Source of the DNA: Monocercomonoides exilis PA203
Taxonomy: Eukaryota; Protista; Preaxostyla
Assembly (NCBI GenBank): GCA_001643675.2
Contig: LSRY02000001.1
Span: forward strand, 1,798,001-1,862,000
DNA length: 64,000 nt
Direction of reading: 5' to 3'
A program made the position numbers and the translations under genes. Below the pieces are notes generated by a model. That model was not told the origin of the DNA. It made no database searches and saw nothing but the letters and a program-made list of their open reading frames with translations. Shown here one piece after another: positions 26,153 to 38,472 of the stretch. The stretch's first letter is position 1, and each line of letters begins with the position of its first letter.

Positions 26153-29100
26153 TCACTGCATGTCCGAGATGAACGAGGCACTCACAACTTTTGAGTCTTC
26201 GGTGTAATCGATTGCATCTGACACAGTCACCATCATCACGCCAGCCGGAAAGTGTTGGAAAAACTCGCGCTTCATCACAAACAGCGATGGGCGATCGTCT
26301 TTGCTCTGCGCCACTGCCGATCTCACCAGGCGACAGAATGTCGTGCCTTCGATTTCTGACATGTCCGGCCTCTCTCCATTCACAATCTTCTGCCCTGCCA
26401 CCTCTCCCTCATATTCTCCAAACGGAATCTCCAATGTCAAGCACTCCCACAGCATCATCCCAATTGAAAAGGCAACTGACTTCTTTTTCGCTCCAATATT
26501 CTTGTTGATCAGCAGTTCTGGTGCTTTCCATCTCAGACATTCTTTTCTGATATCGTCGTCGTCTTCAAAGGCAGATGAAGGAGGTGGAGAGTCTGTGAAT
26601 CTCTCGCTCATCACTGAAACATTGGAGGAAGAAGATGAGACAACAGTTAATGAAGAGATCGATGATGAATCTGAATCATCAGAAGAAAGGAAGTCAGAGT
26701 GCATCACAATGCAGATGACCATATGCTCAGAGAATAACACAATATGCGGACTCAGATTTGCAAGAGAAGAAAGTGGATTTTCCATTTCATCAAATGAATG
26801 AAGCGCAAGATTCGCCACCCAGAACAGGATCTGTGCAGCTGTTTGCTCCCTCTCCTGCAGAGTGCCTATCGCCATCTCCTTTGTCTTATTCTTTCCATGA
26901 AGAAGCATGAACAGTGAATCTCTCAAATCCACAATCAGCTTCTCATGTGGAGATGAACAGGCCATCGCATCCACCAGATTCGACATCGATGAAGTGGTTG
27001 GACACAGATCCTCCCCACGAACAAAAGTTGAATCTGAGTCTGTTGTTGAAGTGGATGAGATTGAAGGTGATGGAGTCTGCTTTCTTATTTCCTCTTCCTC
27101 AACTTTCTCCAATGCCCAATCAGGAATTTTGTCTGAATCTCTCCCCAAGATGTATTCTGTCGATCCACTCTCACTCAGCAAATGCTCAGATGATTCAGAA
27201 TGTTCCAAGCTTTTCTCACACATTCTCTTCTTGATCCTTTCTTCATTCTTCTTCTCTGCTTCCCTCTCTGCTCTCCTCCACTGTTCCTCGGGCGATGGCT
27301 CCGTCGTCACCATCTCAATCAGCTTCGGATCCTTCCTCACCGTGTCATTCACAATCACTTCCAATTCTTCTGTTCGTCTCTTTTGCTTTCTCCATCGAAT
27401 TGCCAGAATAATAGATACAATCAGTACAATCAAAAACAAAACAACAAATATAATGGCAATAATCACAGTCCATGATGATTTTCCTTCTTTTCCTCCTTCC
27501 ACCACTTTATCATTTCCAGTCTTTGGTTCTGTTTTGTTTTTCAGAATCTGTGGAGAAGTCTCTGCCAATTGCTTCCCAAACAGAATCATCACTGACACCT
27601 CTGTTTCATCTGCAATCTTTGAAATATTTTCTGATGGAACTCTTCCAATCACTTCTGTTTCTGCAACAAAACTGTCTTCCTCAAATGGATATGTCTCAAC
27701 CAACTCCACATCCCCTGTTTTGAATATCAATCTGAATGACAAGTCACAAGGAAGAAGAAGTGATCCTCTGAATTTCACAACAACATTGCTGCCATTCTCA
27801 TTCACTGAAACATCTTCCAGTCTGGGAATGAAAAATGGAGATGACCTTTCTCCTGCTATCCCTCTCAAATCACATCCATCGTTCAAAATCCAAAGAGAAG
27901 AATTTGGCATCACTCCATCTCCGCCTTTCAAGCTGGTGATGGTTAATGAAGCAGAATCTGAACAAATGATGTTTCGATGAAGAGATGGATATTTTTCAAT
28001 GAAAGGATTGTTGTTCAAAAACTCTCCTTTCTCAATCGTCACATCGCCTGCAGACACTGACAATCCACCTGATGAAGCATCAGAAATAATCACATCCTTC
28101 ATCACCAAAGAAGAATTCGCTGAGTGAACAAGAGATCCATTCCATTTGCATATTTCTTCAAAATCCCTGTTTCTCTTATTTACACTTTCTTTTGTTTGCA
28201 CTCCAATAAATTGACATGAATCCATCGAAACATCCTTTGCATTGCTTATCTCCATTATGCTTCCTTTGTCAGATAAAGAATCACAGTTTGAATAGGAACA
28301 GTTTGAAAGAACGATTTGAGCATAAGTTGAAGAAGCTGAAAGAACAGAAGCTCCTTCTGAATTTTTTGAGCAGTTGTTGAATGATGAATCGACAAGAGAA
28401 ATTGTTCCTGATGACAAATCCCTAATTTCAATAATACACCCTTCAGACAATTTCACTCCATCTGCAGATACTCCATTAAATACAACACTTCCACATTGTC
28501 CAATCTCAAATACATCTGTTGTTGATTCAATCTTTTCCAGTTTCATATTTGTGATTGAGACCTCATCTCCATTTAGCAGAAAAGAAGGCTTCTGGAATGA
28601 AAGCATTGATATTGAGCAGTTGTCAACATGAAGAATTCCATTTTCGATGCTCAACAATGTTGAATTCAGAGCAACAGATTCAATGCTTTCTGATTGGCCA
28701 ACCGAAGAAAAATCAACAAATGAAAGAGAAAGTTGACCACTTGATTCATGAATGATTGAATTGCCTGAATATGAAAATGACTGACCAAAGTTGAATTTCA
28801 CACTTTCGATCCGTACTTTTTCTGAGGTTGTGATAAGACTTCCTTCGTTTGCCATTGTTGAGTTCAGATACACCAAAGCAGCTGAGGGAGATTGCAATGA
28901 GCGAATGGTCACATCAAGAACATCACACTTCCCAACAATTTCTGTTTGCCCCAAGATCAGCAGCTGTGAATACAGAGATGGAATGATGTGCTGAATTCCA
29001 AAGCTCAATGAGTGGCATGGCGTATCCAATTCTCCACATTGCTTGCTGTCTTCGTGATATTCAGAAACAGAAGACACAAATATTGTCTCGCTCTGATATT

Positions 29101-32100
29101 TCACAACCCTCAACAAAAGATCTTCTTCTCCTTCAAACGAGTCTGTTGTGCATCCCCATATTGCAAGATCCTTCACAAACGGTGCTCTGAAATCCAGCAA
29201 GAATTGCTCATCTGCTATTTGTGTTTCGATTGAGTGGCATCGAACATACACATCTCTTCCTCTGAATGCAGAGTTGTCTCTGAATGTGATATTCGACAGC
29301 ACAAAATTCAGAGGCTGCTCAGCTGTCGAGGTGCATTCCAGAAACAGCCACCCGCCTCTTCCAGTGCTCGAGCAGAAACATTCAGAAATCGTGCAAAATG
29401 AGCTTTCAAACTTTCCTCCTTCATTCAACTCACAAAACATCCCTCCTCCCTTTCCACACCTCGTTCCACCACATCTCTTCATCGTTGTGTTCCCAATCAC
29501 CATTTTCAATGGCTCATCATTGTCATTTCGAATGATCGAGATGTTTTCTGTCGTGTCTTGGGTGACTTCTTCAAACAAACTCCACTCAATTACAATGTTT
29601 TGTTCTCCTTCATTGCTCCCTCTCTTCTCTCCAGCTGATCCCTTTGATATCCTCAATCCGCTTGCTCCCTCCACCTCAATATTCTTCATCGTCAGATTTT
29701 TCGCATTCAGCACAGTTGTCGACAACACAGAAATAACATCCTGCGAAAAGCTCAACAATTGCATCGTCACCAATTCCAGCACAACTGTCCCTCCTTCTGC
29801 CTTGATCAGCCCATAATCTGTCAATTCTTCTCTCTCATCTCCTTTTTTGGTGAATGTGCAGTCTTTCACAGTCAACAATCCCTCGCTTGAGCCAACATGC
29901 ATCAAAACATTCACTCCACTTGCAAATGAAGATGGAATCACAAACTTCATCAGCTCGAAATTGGTGATGCCACAAATCTTCATTGCTGCTCCTTCTGCTC
30001 CTTCAAGCGATGAGACACATTCCAATGAACACATGCTGCTCTCATCCGATTTCACTGATATTCCACTCACATCAACACTCTTCTGAAGATACCCTTTTCC
30101 AATGATGTTGACATTCCTTTCATTTCCTTCTGCCAGCCTTGTCAACGAATGATCCATCGACAGACAAGGATAATCCGAGAATCCACACACACTCACATCA
30201 CAACCTTCGCTCCCAATAAATATCTCTGAGCCGATTGCAAGCCAGAAATACACCAGTGGAATGGCATTTGTCGTGTCACTCCCATCAAAACCTCTCATAG
30301 AATCCAACGAAATATCTGCCAGATGCCCAGTCACAAATGGAAGAGAGGTGTTTGTGATGCTCTTTGTCAAGTTGGATGATTCAACAAACAGGTCATTTCC
30401 ATATTTTGCAACATTTGGCTTGTCTGCCTCAAAAACAGGGGATGAGATCACAAATGAAGAATCATCATCAATCAGCTTCAGCGCCATCCCTCCCCCAAAC
30501 CCAATCTTCCGTTCTTCTGCTGGAGCTGTGCATCCTGTGAATGTGCAAGAAATAACATTCATTTGAATGCTCCCTTTCAACTGAGCATTGATAGCCCCTC
30601 CTCTGCTTTCATCAGCCAAAACAGAGCATCCATCAAATGAACATTCTTCAATATTTATTTGTGAATTTGTATTTTCATCATTGCTGTTGTCAATGCTCAC
30701 ACACCCTCCATTTCCAGCTGCTCTTTCGATTTTTGTGAAATTGCTGTTCGTCATGTTCAACCACAGAGTGCTCATCAACTCGGTATTTGTGCTGCTTCCT
30801 CTCAACGAGAACAGAGGATTTCTCCTCAAATCAATTGATGAAGCTGAGAATTTGTCGATTATCAGGATCCCTGACTCAACAGACAAATACAGAATTGTCA
30901 ATTCTGATGATGGATTTTGAAGGGAAAGTGAGCATTGAGACAGAGTTATTGATGATGAAGATGACGAAATGAAAGTGGAGTGAAGAGGAAGGGAAGATGG
31001 AAGAGAGAAGATGAGTTTTGATAATTCTGTCTCAACACTTGCTGTTATCATCGATGAATTGGATGTCTCACTTGAATCAGAGACTATCCAACCACTTTCA
31101 TCATCATTTCCTCGGATTTCATGTTTCTGTCCAGCAAAGGCCAATTCATCACTCATCTCAACCATTCCATTCACAATAACTTTCTTTTCTCCTGTCAACA
31201 GTGCGAGTGAGTGCTTCAAAGTCAAACATGGGAATTGGACAATTCCACAGTGTGAGTGATTGGATGCCTCAGAATTGCTCACATATATTTCTTCTGGGGT
31301 GGGGAGGAGATAAATGCACAGAGGAATAGCCACACTGTTGTTTCCGTTGTCGTATCCCCCCACTTTCTCAAGAGAATCCAAAGAATCTGTCACACATGTG
31401 ATGTTTTCCGATTTTGCTGTTTCTTCCAGATTGGGTGAAATGACAAAGATATCATTCCCCCATTTGGCTGTGTTTGTGCCAAACGAAGAAGAAATCAGGA
31501 AATTGGGATTTTCAGTCGACAATCGAAGAAGAATTCCTCCTCCAAATCCATATGTTGCAGAGCAATAGCACCCATCAAAAGATCCACCTTTCACTTTCAC
31601 TTCATTTCCATTCCCAACACACAGCATCATCGATCCCCCATCAGCAGATGTTCTGCTTCCACATCCTTCAAAAGTGCTCAAATTCACATCAATGTTGACC
31701 TTGTCATTCGAAAACGATATCACTGCTGCTCCGCTCGTTGCTCTCTCAATCCCATCAAATGCACACTCAGAAAGTGTCAATGAAATCTCATTTGTTGAAG
31801 AAAGCGAAAACAGTGAATTTGTGGAAATTGTCTTTGCCCAGTTCACATGTTCCATCTGAAACATCCCATTCTGGACATTTATCAGTTCTGTCGAAAATGC
31901 TGTTTCTGTTGATTGTCCGCTCCCAAAAGATATGTTCAGTCTGCTGATCCTCATTCCTCCTGCTCCACTTATCTCAAACAGTCTAGACCCACGGTTATTC
32001 GGATGAGCCGAGTCATGCACAAGAATAAAATCACTTGCAGTCAATGTGCCTGTCGATACCGAAAATAGAGACAGCCCAGATGCTTCAAATTCTGTTTGGA

Positions 32101-33901
32101 TTGCTGTGCTCATATTGCTTTGGCCATAAACAGAAAAAGTGTTGAATCCACAATCAAAACTATTCGTTTCGATTATTGTTCCCGAAAATACTTCTACATT
32201 GTTCACTAAATCTGGAATGAGTTGTGTAAGACAACGGCTGATCGTGCTGCATGGATGAGATTCATTTATTCCACATGCATATGTGTTGTTGCCTTTTGGT
32301 TGTGAATCAGTTGAAGAAACAAATCTCACAGATCCAAAATCATTGCGAAGCCATTCACTACGATCAACAATTGAGTCGTATCTGATGCTAACTCTGTTTG
32401 TAGTTTGCCTGGTTGAAAAGCAGGTGGAATCAATATTATTTGAGGTTGAGCCATGCAGAGCAATATCATGTCCTCCTTTCATGCATGTGTTATTATGGAA
32501 AAAACAGAAATAAAATAAAATTCCATTGTTATTTTCATTCACTTTATGAAAAACAGCTCCCCCTCCACACATTGCAAAGCAATGACAAAATAAACAATTT
32601 GAGGTGATAACTTTATCTGAAGAAATATCATGCAAAATTGCACCTCCAGCACCATCAGCAGAACTATTACATCTGCAGTTATCGAAAAATGAATTAACAA
32701 TGCATTCTTTCTGTCTTTGAGTTTTTGTTATACAGATATCAACTGCCCCTCCATCATTACTTGATGAACAGTTTTGAAAATAGCAATCATCAATCATTGG
32801 CTGAACATATACATTTTCAAACTGAATGCCTCCTCCCCCATGATTATTTGTTGCAGCTGCTGTGCATTGGATGAATGCTGAATGTTGCACAATGCATTCA
32901 GCAATTTTTTGAGCAAATATTCCGCCACCTCTTGTCGATGAAGCATTGCATCTTGTGAATGAAGAATTTTCAACTGTGAGAATAGCACTTGCATTGTCAT
33001 GCACGTAAAGAGCACCTCCTTGCGGTGCTGTACAATCAACCCATTCACACAACGAAAAGGATTGGCTTTCAGTTGTGTTCATTTGTCCTTTTTTCTGAAG
33101 AGCATTCATTTCTCTTTTCCCGAAGTTTATTGTTGTGTTTTTGCAGATGAATTCATGTGAAGAATAGGATCCACTCGAAATCCCTCCTTCAAAGGCATTC
33201 ACACACGAATAAATGAGGCAGTTCTCCATTGAACTCAGAAAACATGAATGTTCCACAAAATGATCGCTATTCGAGGTACATTTCACAGACGTGTTCCTGA
33301 AGGCACAATTATCAATCTGTTCGCTTTTGCTCTTTCCTGATAACAGGAGATTGTCTGAAGATGAAACAGCCAAGTCTGTGATGATAGAATTGCTCAAAAT
33401 AACAGAATTGGGATCATCAGATGAAAATATAAGACTGGATGGGTTAAGACTCTCTTGGGGGATCAAAGTCATGTTTGTGAGGCAGATTGACCCGATATTC
33501 AAATGAAAAGGTGATTCTGATTTTTGGTGGGAAATGCAGGAATCCAACACCACATTCGATTTATCTGTTATCAGAATAAATGGCGAGGAAGAATATTCCA
33601 CTGCCACATTTTTCAGTCCAACTGAAGAATTGGAAAAGCGCAAAAATGAATAAATCGCTGTGCATGTTCCTGTTTTCCATCTTTCCATTCCTGATGCTTT
33701 TCTCTGTTCTGACAAATAATTATTATTGCTATTTGCGGGGAATTGAACATCATTTGAGTTGCCTTGACCAAAATAAATACAGTTATATTTAGAATTTCTA
33801 TTTGAAAAAATACCTTGGTTTTCTAATGTGGCTGTTTCATAGATGACTTGAGATTTAAATGTCTCTGCCAAAATCAGACACCCTAAAAAGAACAAATGCA
33901 T
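26153..33901 (-). CDS. 2582-aa receptor-like protein: signal peptide, beta-helix-like ectodomain, single TM, degenerate kinase-like tail
   Basis: Hydrophobic N-terminus; repeated GGA and CG-x4-PC motifs; TM WTVIIAIIF...RWRK; kinase C-lobe motifs WKAPE, FSIGMMLWECLT.EIPF and RP; no HRD or DFG. Confidence 0.88.
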   Translation of the reverse strand: MHLFFLGCLILAETFKSQVIYETATLENQGIFSNRNSKYNCIYFGQGNSNDVQFPANSNNNYLSEQRKASGMERWKTGTCTAIYSFLRFSNSSVGLKNVAVEYSSSPFILITDKSNVVLDSCISHQKSESPFHLNIGSICLTNMTLIPQESLNPSSLIFSSDDPNSVILSNSIITDLAVSSSDNLLLSGKSKSEQIDNCAFRNTSVKCTSNSDHFVEHSCFLSSMENCLIYSCVNAFEGGISSGSYSSHEFICKNTTINFGKREMNALQKKGQMNTTESQSFSLCEWVDCTAPQGGALYVHDNASAILTVENSSFTRCNASSTRGGGIFAQKIAECIVQHSAFIQCTAAATNNHGGGGIQFENVYVQPMIDDCYFQNCSSSNDGGAVDICITKTQRQKECIVNSFFDNCRCNSSADGAGGAILHDISSDKVITSNCLFCHCFAMCGGGAVFHKVNENNNGILFYFCFFHNNTCMKGGHDIALHGSTSNNIDSTCFSTRQTTNRVSIRYDSIVDRSEWLRNDFGSVRFVSSTDSQPKGNNTYACGINESHPCSTISRCLTQLIPDLVNNVEVFSGTIIETNSFDCGFNTFSVYGQSNMSTAIQTEFEASGLSLFSVSTGTLTASDFILVHDSAHPNNRGSRLFEISGAGGMRISRLNISFGSGQSTETAFSTELINVQNGMFQMEHVNWAKTISTNSLFSLSSTNEISLTLSECAFDGIERATSGAAVISFSNDKVNIDVNLSTFEGCGSRTSADGGSMMLCVGNGNEVKVKGGSFDGCYCSATYGFGGGILLRLSTENPNFLISSSFGTNTAKWGNDIFVISPNLEETAKSENITCVTDSLDSLEKVGGYDNGNNSVAIPLCIYLLPTPEEIYVSNSEASNHSHCGIVQFPCLTLKHSLALLTGEKKVIVNGMVEMSDELAFAGQKHEIRGNDDESGWIVSDSSETSNSSMITASVETELSKLIFSLPSSLPLHSTFISSSSSSITLSQCSLSLQNPSSELTILYLSVESGILIIDKFSASSIDLRRNPLFSLRGSSTNTELMSTLWLNMTNSNFTKIERAAGNGGCVSIDNSNDENTNSQINIEECSFDGCSVLADESRGGAINAQLKGSIQMNVISCTFTGCTAPAEERKIGFGGGMALKLIDDDSSFVISSPVFEADKPNVAKYGNDLFVESSNLTKSITNTSLPFVTGHLADISLDSMRGFDGSDTTNAIPLVYFWLAIGSEIFIGSEGCDVSVCGFSDYPCLSMDHSLTRLAEGNERNVNIIGKGYLQKSVDVSGISVKSDESSMCSLECVSSLEGAEGAAMKICGITNFELMKFVIPSSFASGVNVLMHVGSSEGLLTVKDCTFTKKGDEREELTDYGLIKAEGGTVVLELVTMQLLSFSQDVISVLSTTVLNAKNLTMKNIEVEGASGLRISKGSAGEKRGSNEGEQNIVIEWSLFEEVTQDTTENISIIRNDNDEPLKMVIGNTTMKRCGGTRCGKGGGMFCELNEGGKFESSFCTISECFCSSTGRGGWLFLECTSTAEQPLNFVLSNITFRDNSAFRGRDVYVRCHSIETQIADEQFLLDFRAPFVKDLAIWGCTTDSFEGEEDLLLRVVKYQSETIFVSSVSEYHEDSKQCGELDTPCHSLSFGIQHIIPSLYSQLLILGQTEIVGKCDVLDVTIRSLQSPSAALVYLNSTMANEGSLITTSEKVRIESVKFNFGQSFSYSGNSIIHESSGQLSLSFVDFSSVGQSESIESVALNSTLLSIENGILHVDNCSISMLSFQKPSFLLNGDEVSITNMKLEKIESTTDVFEIGQCGSVVFNGVSADGVKLSEGCIIEIRDLSSGTISLVDSSFNNCSKNSEGASVLSASSTYAQIVLSNCSYSNCDSLSDKGSIMEISNAKDVSMDSCQFIGVQTKESVNKRNRDFEEICKWNGSLVHSANSSLVMKDVIISDASSGGLSVSAGDVTIEKGEFLNNNPFIEKYPSLHRNIICSDSASLTITSLKGGDGVMPNSSLWILNDGCDLRGIAGERSSPFFIPRLEDVSVNENGSNVVVKFRGSLLLPCDLSFRLIFKTGDVELVETYPFEEDSFVAETEVIGRVPSENISKIADETEVSVMILFGKQLAETSPQILKNKTEPKTGNDKVVEGGKEGKSSWTVIIAIIFVVLFLIVLIVSIILAIRWRKQKRRTEELEVIVNDTVRKDPKLIEMVTTEPSPEEQWRRAEREAEKKNEERIKKRMCEKSLEHSESSEHLLSESGSTEYILGRDSDKIPDWALEKVEEEEIRKQTPSPSISSTSTTDSDSTFVRGEDLCPTTSSMSNLVDAMACSSPHEKLIVDLRDSLFMLLHGKNKTKEMAIGTLQEREQTAAQILFWVANLALHSFDEMENPLSSLANLSPHIVLFSEHMVICIVMHSDFLSSDDSDSSSISSLTVVSSSSSNVSVMSERFTDSPPPSSAFEDDDDIRKECLRWKAPELLINKNIGAKKKSVAFSIGMMLWECLTLEIPFGEYEGEVAGQKIVNGERPDMSEIEGTTFCRLVRSAVAQSKDDRPSLFVMKREFFQHFPAGVMMVTVSDAIDYTEDSKVVSASFISDMQ

Positions 33902-35719
33902 GCTTGTCGGGAATAAAAATCAGTTTTGATTTGAAAAAATTAAATATTATAAAAATGATCATTTTTTATTGTTTAACACTTGATTGAATAAAGAAAAGGT
34001 GAAATTGAAATACTTATTATAATATTTGAAATTTGTTATTGATGATGCAATGTAAAAATACTCCTATTAAACAGCTGTCCAGAATATAACTGTGTTTTTC
34101 TAAAAAAACATTAAACCAAAAATCATAACAATTTTTTGAAAGAAAAATTTCATAAACAAAGTGCAATTTAGTGCTTGCCTTATCAATGCAAAAAAATTGT
34201 TTCAACAGTAACAAATAACAAATAATATTAAATTGATTTTTAGAAACATAATAATTTGAAAACATACAAACAAACTTAAATTTGTTGCTTCATTGTTTGT
34301 TATTCACAGAACATTTATGTTATGGTCTCAATTCGCATTGAAAATAAATGATTAACCATTGTTATTTATTCGGATTGACTTGTTTTTCAAAGCTTTTGCT
34401 GAACATGTGATCGAGGATTTCGAAGAATTCAATAATCATGCCTTCTGTTGAGAAATGTATTTTTCATTTGGTTGTGGAATTGGATTCAAGAATTTGTATG
34501 TGATGGAAAAAGCAGTTTGCATAACCATTTGATTAGACAGTTTTGCGAACAAATATGAAAGAAATGGTTTATGTTTTTATTGGCTTACTGAAAAAAGTAA
34601 AAAAGTGGAAGAGACTTAAAGAATGGAAAGTTATATGTTTGCTCATTTCTGGTTTGTGGAATGATATTTTTTTATATCATCAGTTCGTTATGCAGGCATT
34701 TGATTTGGAATATGAATAAACATCTGTTGAAAATTGCTTTCCTGAAAGAAGAACTGTTGAGAATTTTTGGTAAAGATGAAGTTTGTAATTATTTTCAAAT
34801 ATATTATTTTTTATTGTTCGAGTTCATGAACCAAATAAACTGAATGAATGACTGACATTCACTTTTCTTGGAAGAATGCCTTGCTCGAATAACTGTTATA
34901 TGTGGAAAGGAAGCAGGGTGAAGAGATTGGATGGGAATTGGATGAAGTCAATTCTTGATTCAATCAGAAGGAATTGAAAAAACATTCAAATCTCTCATTA
35001 TTCAGAGGGATCAGAAACCTTCTCAAATGGAGATGAAAAGACTTTTGGAAACGGATGATTGGAGAATATGTTACAGAAACGCTTGAAAATGGAGGAATGA
35101 TGAATTTTTATTGAAGAAAACGAACAATTCCAATGAGGCAAAAATTAAAAATGGCTAACAAATCAAAAGGTTTGCTTTTATCTTAAAAAATAAATATTAT
35201 TGAATTTTTATTGTTTTCTTTTAAGCTATTCAAAAAGCGAGGGATTTGATGACTTTGAAGAATAAGAACAGAGGGGAAGGAAAAGGCAAAGAAGAAGAAA
35301 AACAAAAATTCAAGATATAATGAAGATGCATTACTTTGGGTTTTTGCGAAGAGTTATTTTTGGAAGAAAGATTATTTATGAGAAAGAAGTGAAGGAAAAG
35401 CGGAAGATTTTTGAATGAAAAGAATGATCTCCAAATATTTCATGATTTTTGAAGGTGAAAAGGAAAAATCAAGTCGAATGCGTGAAAGATTGAGAAGATG
35501 TTGTTTCTGAGAAAAACACATAAAAATGGAAGAAGAAGCAAGATAACGTTTGATTTTGCTGAATTTCAACCAATTTTATTTGATGTTGCTTTTTATTACA
35601 ATTCCTCCAAGCTAATCATCTCATTTTGTTAGCTTCAATCGTTTATTTATTAATTTAGCTTCTTCTTCTTCCTCTTCCTCTTCCTCTTCCTCTTCTTTTA
35701 CATCTTCTTCACCAATAAA

Positions 35720-36436
35720 AATGTAATGTTAACAATTCATTCCATTCAACTCTCAGTGAATTCTTCTTCAAGTTTTGTCTTCTGTTTCAATTCACAAACA
35801 CAAAGACAATTTTCTCATCTGTCAAGAAGAAGCAGCTTAAGCAATGAGGCAATGCAATGGATATGATATTGACACCCAATCAAAAAAGGAGGACAATTTT
35901 TTCATTTTATCATTCGGCTGTTGAACGAAGTGCAGAAGAAAAAAGAAAGAATATTTGAATAATTTCAATAAAGGAATGGACGATTGAAGCGAAGGAATGC
36001 GACAGATTACGCAATGCATCATCTCTTTTATGAGTGGCAGAAGAGTCAAAAGGTGATGAGAGAAAGACAAAGAATTTGAAATGGAGAAGGAAACTGTCAC
36101 AAAAGAATATTGGAAATGGTAAATGGAGATAGGGCTATTGAGAGCAGATGTTTATCATTTTGTCACACATGATTATTTGGAGATGATACAATTGGTGATC
36201 TTTCAGTATTTCTGAAAGTGAAGTTTTTGATTTGGAAATGTTGGCTTCTGGAAATGATGTGAATGAAAATCATTCGAATTAACAAAATGTCCTGTTTTCT
36301 CGTTTATTCGCACACAATCTCCAATAAATTCTTTCTTCTTTTTCTTTTCATTTGAATTCCCAGTTTCCATGTTTCAGTATTCTTTTTTGAACATTCTTTT
36401 TTTTTCAAATGCATTTCATTCAAAATTGAAAAATTA

Positions 36437-36473
<37 letters not shown>

Positions 36474-36590
36474 GAAAACATTTTCTTTTGATATATTTTT
36501 CTATTTGCATTGCAGGAATTACAAATCTGAAATGAAGCTAAACCACAACGAACCCCATTTTAAAATCTTCATCTTCAAAAAAACAAGGAA
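35720..36590. repeat. Direct repeat of 44975-45830 (decayed coding sequence plus gene 3' flank)
   Basis: Aligns by eye from attcaactctcagtgaattc to catcttcaaaaaaacaagg. Confidence 0.85.
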
Positions 36591-36608
36591 AAGAAAAACG
36601 CTCAAAGT

Positions 36609-38040
36609 TCATATGTTTATCAAATAATCTCCGTAGTATTTAGGAAAAAAATAATAAGAATTTGTTTTCAAAAAAGGAATAACAATATGAAAACTTGTGA
36701 TGATGTCTTCGTATCCTTCTTCTTCCATCTTTTCACATACTTTTCTTTTCGTTGCCTTTCTTTTAACTTTTTCCATTTTATTATCCGTCTTTTCTTTCGA
36801 TCTTTCCGAAACATTCAAAAAGAATTTCAAGATATGTAATGCATATATATCTTCTAACGTTGGCTGCTGTATTTCCTCCATCATTGCATCAATAGCTCCT
36901 CCTTTCAACAAGTCATCAACTTCCACTCCACTGCTTTTCGCTGCTCCTCTTAATGAATTAGCGCATTTATCATAAATATCTCTGCAATTATCTTTTGCTG
37001 CTCGAAATAACAGTACAATTCCTTCTACAAGCAGAACAGATTCTTCGTTCCGCAATTTGGGCCAAGATAAGTAATTATTAACTGCATTGATCCATCTCCT
37101 GATAATTATCAATTCTTTCGCTTCTTTTCTTCTTTCTTCTTCTTCTTTTCTCTTCCAATCAATTTGTTTCATCAGCTTTTCTAGTTCCCTTCTTGTCTCG
37201 CTTTCAAAATGAAGCTCATTCACAATTTCTTCCTCCAAGCTTGTTTCAACCCTTAGTCGGGTTATCAAAAATATCCAAGCAGACTGATATGCGAGTTGTG
37301 AAAGATTGCAGTGTTCTTGATGGTATAGGATGATTTCTTTGATTTCGCGAAAATATAATTCTTTATCTATTTTCTTTTGGAAAAAAAAAGATCATTAAAA
37401 AAAAAAGGAAAATTTTCATACGCAGGCACCAACATTGCTCAATGCAAGCAATGCCATTTCCACTTCTTTTTGAGTTTCTTTGCTTTCATCTTTGTTTGCA
37501 GCCACTTTCAGAAGGCAGGGTACACAAATTTCATTCTTGGTTTCTGAAACGAACATATATTCGTAACGCAACAAAAGGCAACATTCACAAAGATCAGTCA
37601 AAAGCATTTCGTTTTTCCCTTCTTTTTTCTGAAATTCTTCAACAATCAGATTTTGAAACCTTTTGCACAATGGAGATCTTTCAAAACTGGCTGAAAATAA
37701 TCCTTTCAACACATTGAAATACCCCATGTGCTTCAGCAGAAGTGACGTGTTGCTCAAAGGCATTTTCTTTTCTTCAATCATTTCTGCTATTTCGTCGAGC
37801 AACTCAATTGTGCAAATTATTTTAAATTCATCATTTTTCATCTCATCAATAAATCCATTCATTTCTTCGATTCTGGTTTTCTGTTCATCCTCGTTGCAAC
37901 CTCCAAGTTCGTCAAACAGTTCTTCAAAAAACACGAAAAGGGTGAAAAATTGTTTGTTTTTCAAAATAGTCAGAAATGAGCAAACTCCAAAACTTTCCAA
38001 CGGGGGATATTCTTTGTAAAATATTTCTCCAAATATCCAT
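36609..38040 (-). CDS. Helical family, copy 4; introns 37922-37985 and 37374-37421
   Basis: Spliced frame reads GKFWK-LFDE and VGAC-KIDKELY; family motifs present. Confidence 0.8.
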
Positions 38041-38472
38041 TCTGTCTGAGATATATTCAGGATACAATGGCACAACAGTACTTCAAACAATGAAATTATC
38101 AGCAAAAACTAACCTTTTTCTTTATCTGATTTTTTGAAAATGTTACAGTCTCAATGTCAATTGCAACGTTTTTTCCAATAAACAAATGTGCAATATGTCA
38201 CAGCAACTAAAAAATGATCGTTTTTACATTTGAGAAGACACGCACACCCTTTTCTTTATTTTGATCATACCAAAATCTAATAAATTGGAAATATTTTTAA
38301 CTTTTTCGAAATTGAAGCATCAATAATAATAAATTTTCTTTCAATGAATTCAACTTTATTTTTTTAAAAAAGAAATAGAAAATGATTGAAAAATAGAATT
38401 TTTTGAAGTTACACAAAATTTTTTGGGACTTCTTTGTTGTGATTAAAACAGTATTATTAATAATCATTCATC

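Noticed and set aside
25876-26181. 101-aa ORF conserved with 61081-61386
   Set aside because: It overlaps the receptor stop in another frame and has no known motif; shared DNA duplication explains it.
34300-35600. Purine-rich stretches resembling decayed helical-family genes (also 42300-42800)
   Set aside because: Similarity too weak to support by eye.
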